From a virus (lineage: Duplodnaviria; Caudoviricetes): a DNA stretch of 64,000 nt. Location: IMG/VR virus record IMGVR_UViG_3300050161_000042, positions 1 through 64,000 of that record. One strand, written 5' to 3'. Below, one piece after another: positions 53,276 to 61,800 of the stretch. The first letter of the stretch is position 1; every line of letters starts with the position of its first letter. Made by a program: the position numbers and the translations under genes. Below the pieces are notes generated by a model. That model was not told where the DNA came from. It did no database searches and saw only the letters and a list, made by a program, of their open reading frames with translations.

Positions 53276-53761
53276 ATGACCAGAATACCAGACGACACAG
53301 TTCAAGAGCTATTCGATGAATGGAAAGAACTCGCTGACCAGACATACGAGTTGTTCGGCGTAGAGTGTTCCGTCTTTTATCCTAAAAAAGTTTCGGTTTC
53401 CGCCCCACAGTTGAACCAGAACACATTTCCTTTAAATTCAATAAACGGCAAACGAACGAACGGAAACCCCTCTAGCTATCAGGGGCAGGTTTTCAATGAA
53501 GAACAGGTCAAAGATTGCATAAGGGTCAAGTTATATTGGAATCCAAGAGAATGGACAAAGATATTCGGATTGACCGCCATACCTGATGGTAGCATTGTTG
53601 TACTGTGTAAGATGGAAGATGCCATAAAGATCAACAGTGCAGAAAGAATAGAGTACAACGATCAAACTAACACACACACTTTTTCTAGAACAGGAAGAGT
53701 GATACCATACGGATTCAAAAAGAAAGACTATGGTTATTGCATATGGAAACTTGAATCGTGA
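53276..53761 (+). CDS. head-closure/neck-type protein (161 aa)
   Basis: Beta-rich; position at the start of the tail operon. Confidence 0.55.
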   Translation: MTRIPDDTVQELFDEWKELADQTYELFGVECSVFYPKKVSVSAPQLNQNTFPLNSINGKRTNGNPSSYQGQVFNEEQVKDCIRVKLYWNPREWTKIFGLTAIPDGSIVVLCKMEDAIKINSAERIEYNDQTNTHTFSRTGRVIPYGFKKKDYGYCIWKLES

Positions 53762-54402
53762 AAATAACCGTAAAAGTAAAGACAACCCAACGTGTTATTA
53801 TAGATAAAATCAAAGAGTCTATTGCCTCTTTTTTCAATAAAAAATTTGCCCGTAAAAATTCCGCTATTAAGTCAAAAGTTAAGATTCTTATTTATGGTTG
53901 GGTTAAACAACAACCAGAAATGCAAGACATATTAGAAGGAAGATATGGAAGACTTGGACCACAGTTCGGTATTCCAGATGGAAGCAATGATGAGATAGTA
54001 GAAGCTATTTGCCGAGCAGCATCAGAATCTTTCTCGATAGAAGTAAATAGTGTCAACAAGAATTTAGTGGGCGGGGTTTACTTAAACTTCATACCAGATG
54101 ATTTTGAAAGGTTTTTGGGGATTCCCGAAGGTCACGTTTATACGGAAAACGGTGGAGATCTTCACTGGTTAGATTGGTTGCTTACAAAAGGTTATGCAAC
54201 AGTTATTGATGGATACAGTTTCTTATTAAAACTTGATGCCCCTGGAAGTAGATCTAAGGGTGGTATTATGATAGAAAGAGGCGTATGGAGAGTTCCTCCA
54301 GAATTTGCCGGAACTGCTGAAAATAATTTTATTACTAGGGCGATTACATCCCCAGGTAACGAATCAGAACTTAAACGTATCTTAGAAGAGTATTTAGACT
54401 AA
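53758..54402 (+). CDS. tail completion/neck-type protein (214 aa)
   Basis: Coupled to neighbours; position inference. Confidence 0.5.
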   Translation: MKITVKVKTTQRVIIDKIKESIASFFNKKFARKNSAIKSKVKILIYGWVKQQPEMQDILEGRYGRLGPQFGIPDGSNDEIVEAICRAASESFSIEVNSVNKNLVGGVYLNFIPDDFERFLGIPEGHVYTENGGDLHWLDWLLTKGYATVIDGYSFLLKLDAPGSRSKGGIMIERGVWRVPPEFAGTAENNFITRAITSPGNESELKRILEEYLD

Positions 54403-55301
54403 TGTTAGGCGAAAGTGTTTTCAACTTGAAAGGTTTTAGTAGTGTTTTTAACACAACAATAACCAACGAAATCGCTGATAACTTGGTTGAGTTTTTTGAT
54501 TGGGGATTGCTTAACAAGGGCAACTTCTTCAATGTAAATCTCAATGAAGATGATAGTCTTTTAAAAGTTGTTGAAAATCCTAATTTTGTATATGGTCAAG
54601 TTTGGAGAGGTAATCATCCTAACTGGATTTGGCAGAGCGGAGTAGATTTCAACGGAGCTTCTCCCTTGTTAGTAACTGGTATTTATGTAGATGATGTATT
54701 CTATCCTTCGAATACAACTGGTACTTATAGTCATTACATAGATTATAGAAATGGGTGCGTGATATTCAATGACGCAATTAACTCGACTAGTAAAGTTCAG
54801 GTAGAACACAGCTATAAATGGATCAATGTGGAATACTCAGAATCTAACTATTTGAGAACTATAACGGCAAACCCAAACGAAGAAAATTTTCCCGAACTTA
54901 TAGCTAAACTGCCCATTATAGCTATAGAGCCATTAGCTGATAGAAAGCATTCTGGATATCAACTTGGTGGTGGACAAATACTAAAAACAACAGTTTTGTT
55001 CCATTGTATTGCAGAAAATGATACAACCGGAAACATATTGTTGGATATAGTCTCCTTTCAGAATGACAAATCTATCTACTTTTTCAACAGTACACAGATA
55101 GCCCAAAACGGTGATTTCCCTATAGATTATAGGGGTATGCCGATTCCTGGGGCTTTAAATTACAAGGAATTAGTAACGCAGTATCCTAGCTACCTAGCTA
55201 GATTCAGTAATGTTTCATTAACAAAGAGTCAAACAAAAAACAATTCGATTTTTGCCGGTGTCGTAAAGTTTACCGTCGAGCTTGTCAAGCTAAGTATTTA
55301 A
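54402..55301 (+). CDS. tail terminator-type protein (299 aa)
   Basis: LPIIAIE...GYQLGGG motif directly upstream of the tube gene; position inference. Confidence 0.5.
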   Translation: MLGESVFNLKGFSSVFNTTITNEIADNLVEFFDWGLLNKGNFFNVNLNEDDSLLKVVENPNFVYGQVWRGNHPNWIWQSGVDFNGASPLLVTGIYVDDVFYPSNTTGTYSHYIDYRNGCVIFNDAINSTSKVQVEHSYKWINVEYSESNYLRTITANPNEENFPELIAKLPIIAIEPLADRKHSGYQLGGGQILKTTVLFHCIAENDTTGNILLDIVSFQNDKSIYFFNSTQIAQNGDFPIDYRGMPIPGALNYKELVTQYPSYLARFSNVSLTKSQTKNNSIFAGVVKFTVELVKLSI

Positions 55302-55309
55302 CGTTTTTT

Positions 55310-55318
55310 GTGTATAAT
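55310..55318 (+). promoter_or_regulatory. late promoter motif GTGTATAAT
   Basis: Intergenic before ATG 55353. Confidence 0.65.
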
Positions 55319-55352
55319 TAATTGATGTAAGTAAATCTAAGGGAGATAAAAA

Positions 55353-56543
55353 ATGTCTGAAAACAATAGAATATATTATGCTTGTCAAGTTGTTGGTATC
55401 AAACCATGCTTAACGGCAGCCGCAGTTACACCAGTTCACGGTGTACAGAATATCGGTATCAATACAAGTTTCAATCTAGAACAAGCTTTTGAGCTTGGTA
55501 TGGTTCAAATCTACGAAAACATCGAAAATCTTCCAGAAGTAGAAGTTACTATGGAAAAGGTTTTAGATGGATATCCACTTCTTTACCACTTGGCAACACC
55601 AACAGCTTCAAACGCTGGTCTTGTTTCTAGATCGAAAGAAAAGTGCTGCATAAGTCTTGGGATTTACCCAGAAGATAAAGACGCAGTTAGTGGTATTGCT
55701 CCTGTAGAAGTTTATCTTTCTGGAATGTATGTAAGTCAACTTTCTTATACAATGCCTGTAGAAGGAAATTGCACAGAGTCTATTACTGTAATTGGTAACA
55801 ACAAGAGATGGTTTACAGAAGCAAGCGGAAACCCAGTTGGGTTTACTGGTGCTTCGATTGACTTGGTTAGTGAATTCAAGATCGATCCAGACACTGGTGC
55901 TGGTGGAGATTATCCTCTTGCTCTTGATACTGGTGCTGGTGGAACTATAGCCTTTAGAGGCGGTATCCAAAGAAGAGAAAATGTTAGACTTGATAAGTCA
56001 GTTCTCCCAACTTCTATTTACGGTGTAAGTGGTGGTGGTTCTGGTAATGCTTATATCGGAGTTTATGGTTCTGGTGGTGCTCCAAGAGTACACTTACAGA
56101 ATATCTCGATCTCTACAAGCACAGGAAGAGAAGACTTGCTAGAACTTGGAAGCAAAGGTCCATACTACAAGGCTGCTACTTTCCCAATTGAAGTATCTAC
56201 AGAAATCGAAGCTATTTCGACATCCGGAGACTTTATCAATGCTTACCAATACGGTGACCCCGCCCTAAGAGGTACTAAGGACGTAGGTAACAACACAAGA
56301 GAAGAAAAGATTTTCATCAGAATCAATGATGGTACTTGCTTCGACCTTGGAAGAAGAAACAGACTACAATCAGTAAACTACGGTGGTGGTGATGCTGGTG
56401 GTGGTAATGTGAGTCTAAAGTATAGCTATGTTAACTATAATGATCTTAGAGTATTGCATCCAGAAGATCCTGCTCTTGGAAACTACACAGCAGCAGAAAC
56501 TGCCCTTGTAGATGTAACAAGCCTAGGCGATACAAAAGAATAA
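55353..56543 (+). CDS. major tail (tube) protein (396 aa)
   Basis: GVQNIGINTSFNLEQAFELG...IYENIE..PEVEVT; own late promoter; upstream of chaperones and TMP. Confidence 0.7.
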   Translation: MSENNRIYYACQVVGIKPCLTAAAVTPVHGVQNIGINTSFNLEQAFELGMVQIYENIENLPEVEVTMEKVLDGYPLLYHLATPTASNAGLVSRSKEKCCISLGIYPEDKDAVSGIAPVEVYLSGMYVSQLSYTMPVEGNCTESITVIGNNKRWFTEASGNPVGFTGASIDLVSEFKIDPDTGAGGDYPLALDTGAGGTIAFRGGIQRRENVRLDKSVLPTSIYGVSGGGSGNAYIGVYGSGGAPRVHLQNISISTSTGREDLLELGSKGPYYKAATFPIEVSTEIEAISTSGDFINAYQYGDPALRGTKDVGNNTREEKIFIRINDGTCFDLGRRNRLQSVNYGGGDAGGGNVSLKYSYVNYNDLRVLHPEDPALGNYTAAETALVDVTSLGDTKE

Positions 56544-56600
56544 TTAGGTTAATAGGATATTTAAAAGGACTCAAAAATATGAAACAAAAACAACTCCCTT

Positions 56601-57635
56601 TTGAGGTTTATTATGGACCATAACGAAAGGGAGTTTTTTCTTTATAGGATCATGTCGGGCGTTGCAAAGTGTTCTGTATTTGGAAGAGAATTACTTGTAT
56701 TTCCGCCCACAAAAGAAATTTATAGAGATGCATGTGAACACTATCAAACTGTCTATATGGAATTTATGAATGAGTCTGTAATGACCCAAGAAGAAATGCT
56801 AGAAAAGATGATGGAATTGGATATGTGGTCATGGAATCAAGATAAAGACATGGAGAATGTAAAAACATTTATTGATGATACAAAACTTCTAGCTTATGAA
56901 AATAGATCAGACAGATCAAAGCTTAGACAGTTAAAAAACTCTATATTTTTAGCTACCGAAAGATATGAAGAATATCACAAGAAAAAACACATATACTTTC
57001 ATAAAACATGTGAGGGCATGGCGAGCAAAGAGAAATTGCTATACATCATAAAAAGATGCACGTATACAAGAAGCAATAAGAAATTCTTATTTAAATCTAT
57101 CTCCCCAAGTCAGCTTATTTATGATTACAATCAGTTTCACTCAATAGATGAATCGGTCATTAGAGACTTAGCAAGAAATGAACCCTGGAGACTAAATTGG
57201 TCTATTAGGGAAAATTCTAACAAACCGCTTATTTTCTATCCAGACCTAGAATTGACCAATAATCAGAAATCTTTGATAGCTTGGTCCCAAACATATGACA
57301 ATGTGTATGAATCTATAGATGCTCCACACGAAGACGTAGTACAAGATGATGTTCTCTTGGACGGTTGGTTTATTAAACAATCGAAGACAAGAAAGCAAAA
57401 AGCTGGTCAGGAAGACCTAGATAAATCGATTGTAAATTCAAAAATCAGAAATTCACAAGAGATTTACAAAGTAGTTGGAAACGACAGAGAGGCTGCAAAG
57501 AAGGTAGAAAGCCTTAATAGCCCATTCGCTTCCATGATAAAGAAACAAAGAGAAAGTCTTATTAATTCAAGAGGCTCAATAGAGCAACAAGACTTACTAG
57601 ATGAAAGATTAAAAGCTTCACAACAAGTTAAATAG
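56601..57635 (+). CDS. hypothetical tail-region protein (~340 aa)
   Basis: ORF track; start may be ATG 56616. Confidence 0.7.
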   Translation: MRFIMDHNEREFFLYRIMSGVAKCSVFGRELLVFPPTKEIYRDACEHYQTVYMEFMNESVMTQEEMLEKMMELDMWSWNQDKDMENVKTFIDDTKLLAYENRSDRSKLRQLKNSIFLATERYEEYHKKKHIYFHKTCEGMASKEKLLYIIKRCTYTRSNKKFLFKSISPSQLIYDYNQFHSIDESVIRDLARNEPWRLNWSIRENSNKPLIFYPDLELTNNQKSLIAWSQTYDNVYESIDAPHEDVVQDDVLLDGWFIKQSKTRKQKAGQEDLDKSIVNSKIRNSQEIYKVVGNDREAAKKVESLNSPFASMIKKQRESLINSRGSIEQQDLLDERLKASQQVK

Positions 57636-57648
57636 AGGAAATGACGGA

Positions 57649-58017
57649 ATGGACGATTTTGAAAAAAATAGAGAGATTCTTGGTGACTACAAGAATCGAA
57701 GAGAAGAAGTCCTAAAGAATGATGGTCAGAAAAGTTTATCAGACACTATTGTAAAGAAACTCAAAACAACCATGATTGGGTCTATAAGTTCTATAGAGAA
57801 CCATCTTGGATTTTTATGGGGTCACGATAGCGATCAAGAACTTACAGAAGACCAATTGATTCTTAAGGATCTTTTTCAACAAGTCAGAACAGAGATTTTG
57901 GATAAGGGTAATGCACAATCAAGAAACATAGATTCTGAATTGGCCCAATACGAAATAAAGAAGAAGAGATTTAATTTAGTTTTACCAGTTAAGATAGGAA
58001 AAAAAGGAAATGAGTAA
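57649..58017 (+). CDS. hypothetical protein (122 aa)
   Basis: ORF track. Confidence 0.7.
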   Translation: MDDFEKNREILGDYKNRREEVLKNDGQKSLSDTIVKKLKTTMIGSISSIENHLGFLWGHDSDQELTEDQLILKDLFQQVRTEILDKGNAQSRNIDSELAQYEIKKKRFNLVLPVKIGKKGNE

Positions 58018-58864
58018 AGTAGAAATTGTTGTAAACGATAAGAAGTACATTGTAAGAACACCAAACGACAGAGTAATCAGAGAAGCGGACTCAATCGAGT
58101 CGGTAGAATTTACTAAGTGCGTTGACAATGATGTTAAGACAAAAGTTCAAATGAAAGACCTTCTAAAAGCCAAAGGTATTTGGACCGACGCAAAAGAGAA
58201 CAAAGAAAAGGAGATAGTAAAAGAAATCAATAGGATTGAACTATCTCTATACAAGGGCGATGGAAGTGGTAAGAAAACAACCATCAAAGAGGGCGTAGAT
58301 AAAGCTCTTAAGATCAAGGATCTAAGAGATGAATACATGGCTCTAATCAGAGAAAGACAAAGCTATGAAGCTAATACGGCAGAATCTATCGCGAGCAACG
58401 CAAGGTTTGATTACTTTGTTGCTAGCTGTGTGTTTAATGAGAATGGCACAAGAGTATACAAGAGCTACGACGACTATCAAGAAAAATCATCTGATGACGT
58501 TGCGTTTAAGGCAGCAGAAGCGTTAGCTAAGTTGCTCTATTCTATTGAAGAAGACTTCGCCAAGAAACTTCCCGAAAATGTATGGCTATCTAGATTTGGT
58601 CTTGTTGATGACAAGCTAAGGCTTATCGATAAGAAGGGTAAATTCCTTGTCGATAGAGATGGCAAAAGGGTTAATGAACTTGGTCACTACATTGACGATC
58701 AAGGAAACAGAACAGATAGAGACGGAAACCCTCTGGACGCAGACGGAAACTACACTATCGAAGCACTATATGTAGATGAAGATGGGAATGACGTTCTTCC
58801 TGTAGTAGAAGAAAAGAAAGAAGAAACTACAGATAAGCAAGAAGAAGTTCCCGTAGAAGATTAA
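58010..58864 (+). CDS. tail assembly chaperone-like protein (284 aa)
   Basis: Directly upstream of the tape measure; helical and charged. Confidence 0.55.
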   Translation: MSKVEIVVNDKKYIVRTPNDRVIREADSIESVEFTKCVDNDVKTKVQMKDLLKAKGIWTDAKENKEKEIVKEINRIELSLYKGDGSGKKTTIKEGVDKALKIKDLRDEYMALIRERQSYEANTAESIASNARFDYFVASCVFNENGTRVYKSYDDYQEKSSDDVAFKAAEALAKLLYSIEEDFAKKLPENVWLSRFGLVDDKLRLIDKKGKFLVDRDGKRVNELGHYIDDQGNRTDRDGNPLDADGNYTIEALYVDEDGNDVLPVVEEKKEETTDKQEEVPVED

Positions 58865-58888
58865 TCTTTTTTCTTTCGAGAGTTTTAA

Positions 58889-61800
58889 ATGGCAAAATTT
58901 GTCTATAGCTTACAATTACAAATGAGAGAACCAGCGGAACTGGGCAAGATAGTTAGAAATATCGAGTCCCAGTTTTCTGGCATTGATGCTACTGTAAAAG
59001 TAAATGTAAAATCTCAGGGCGTTGCCTCTACAATAAGACAAGTAAAGGAATTGAAACAAGCTACCGCAGAAGCTAATAACACTGCGGAAGCTTTAGCTAA
59101 AACCTTTGCTATCTCGTTTAAGAGATTCGTAACGTTCTCGTTAGCTACTAGAACCGTAGGTGCATTTACCTCTGGTCTATCTAGTGCTTTCAATGAAGCT
59201 ATAGACTTTGAAAAGCAAATGGTTAGAGTATCTCAGGTTACAGGGAAAACTCTTCCTGATTTACGAGACCTTAATAAAGAAATTACAAGACTAGCAGTTG
59301 GTCTTGGGGTTTCATCTAAGACTCTTTTGGATGTATCTTTAACTTTAGCTCAAGCGGGTTTTAGTGCAAACGATACTAAAGTCGCCCTTGAAGCTTTAGC
59401 TAAAACAGAACTAGCTCCAACATTCACAGATATCAAGAAGACTACAGAAGGTGCTATTGCCCTTTTCAATCAGTTTGGTGAAGGTGCTGGTGCCCTAGCT
59501 GGACAGTTGGGTGCTATTAATAAAGTGTCTGCCGACTTCGCGGTAGAATCTGATGACTTAATTGACGTAGTTAGAAGAGTAGGTGGTGTTTTCAAAGCTT
59601 CGGGTGGTAGTCTAAATGAACTATTAGCTATCTTCACATCTGTAAGAGCTACAACAAGAGAATCTGCTGAATCTATTGGTACAGCTTTAAAGACCATTTT
59701 TGTTAGAATTCAAAGACCTCAAACACTTGAGTATCTAAAGAAACTTGGTGTTGATCTAAAAGACGTAGAAGGTAAGTTCGTCGGCCCGCTGAAAGCCACT
59801 CAATTACTTAATGAAGCTTTTGGTAAGTTAGAGCAGGGTGATCCTAAGTTCATTCAGATTGCCGAAGAACTTGGTGGATACAGACAGATTGGTAAAGTTA
59901 TTCCTTTGCTACAGCAATATGCTATTGCCGAAAAGGCATTACAGTCTGCTAAGAAGGGTGCCGGAAGCTTAGACTCTGATGCTGCTAAGGCTCAAGAAAC
60001 ATTAGCGAACAAGATTGTTAAAGTAAAAGAAGAGTTCGAAGCCCTTGTTAGATCTATCTATGAAAGCCCAGTCTTCCAGACTATGGCTAATTCTTCTCTA
60101 CAGTTTGCCTCTTCTCTATTAAAGGTAGCTAGTGCCCTTAAAGATATTATTCCACTTATAGGGATTTTTGCGACACTTAAGATTGCAAAGACCGCAGGTT
60201 CATTCTTAGGAAGCTTTGGTAGAAATCTAAAGAATCCACAAGGATTTGCCGAAGGTGGTCCTGTTCCTGGGGCTGGAAATAAAGACTCAGTACCAGCTAT
60301 GCTTATGCCTGGGGAGTTTGTTCTTAATAAGAAAGCCGTTTCTAAGATAGGAATGGGCAGACTTAACTCTATGAATAACGGCGGAACACCAGATACAAAA
60401 GATGGAGTTCAATACTTCGCAGATGGTGGTTTCGTAACTAACAAGAAAAAGAGAGTCGGTGGATTCTTCTTGGCTGGAACTAAATCTGGTAAAGCTAGTT
60501 CAAACTATGTCTTTGATAATGATATTGTTAGAAAAGATAAAGATAAACAAACTCATAGACTTTTTGCCGGTTCTGATATAGACACATTCGTATTATCAAG
60601 AGACGATGTTCAAAAAAATGAGAACATTGTTGGTATGATAAAAGATGACGTAAAGCAAAATGTTTTACCTATGGTAAATGCTATTACTAAAACTTTGTCT
60701 AAACAACTTAATATGAAACCTATCATAACACCAGATACGGCTGAGATGTTAGGTGTAGAAAAGAATCTAGTAAATGACTCTGGCTTAATCTCTACTATCA
60801 CTGGATATATGACAGAAGGGGCGTATCACGCTCTTACAGGATTACCAAGACAGGGTGGTAATTCTACTTTTGACTTTTTGTTCAAAGATATTTCTAGTGA
60901 GACAAAAGAAAAACTAGCTGAACTTTTCTCAGAGCCAGTATCTAAATTTGACAACCTAACTCACATTGATGCTAAGCCATATCTTGATGCTAAGCAAACA
61001 AAAGAGATAGGGCAAAAAATGATTAGATCAGCTACTGATGAAGCTGGTAAAGCTGAAAGTGTTATAAGCACTGGTACATTGACATTCAAAAAAGACAGAG
61101 CTAATTCAGATCCGGCTTCTTTACTTCCTTATTCTAGAGATATTAAGGAAAAGCCTAAAAATACTCAAGGCGATCTTAGATCAAAGCTTGAGTCAAAAGG
61201 TCTTGGAGCAAGAGAAATCAATACTGTTCTGTCTAGATTAGAAAACAAAGACACTTCATATTCTAAAACATTGAATTCCGCCCTAAAAAGATTGGGTGTT
61301 AGTTCTATAAATGATGTTCTTAATTTCAATACTGGTGGTTCTGTTCCTGGTGTTGGAAATAAAGACAGCGTTCCTGCTATGTTAACTCCTGGTGAGTTTG
61401 TATTAAATAAGAAAGCCGTAAAAAAATACGGTATGTCTAAACTTATGCAAATGAATGGTGGAGCTATAGGCAAGAGTAAAGATGGTATTCAACATTTTTC
61501 TACTGGTGGTCCAGTAGATCCATTTAGTGCTTTCAAAGTTACTGAAAAGAAAGAAGAAAAGTCGTCTGGTGGATTGTTAGGTGGTGAAGTAAGTAAGACT
61601 ACACAAGCTTTGTTTGGATTAGGAGCAACAGCTTCTGTTCTTTCACAGTCTCTTAGTGCTGTTATCGATCCAGCTAGTGCATTAGGGCAAGGTTTGTCAG
61701 TAGCTTCGACATTAGCTATTCAGTTTGGTACTAGCTTTGGTCTATTCAAAATTGGTCTAGAAAAAGCTAAGGGTGGTATTCAGCAATTTACTGAATTTAT

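Noticed and set aside
57997-58017. Programmed frameshift at A7 (GGAAAAAAAGG) fusing 57649 and 58010, as in tail chaperone G/GT
   Set aside because: The -1 frame hits TGA after three codons; the downstream gene is in the +1 frame and has its own ATG with a GGA-containing RBS
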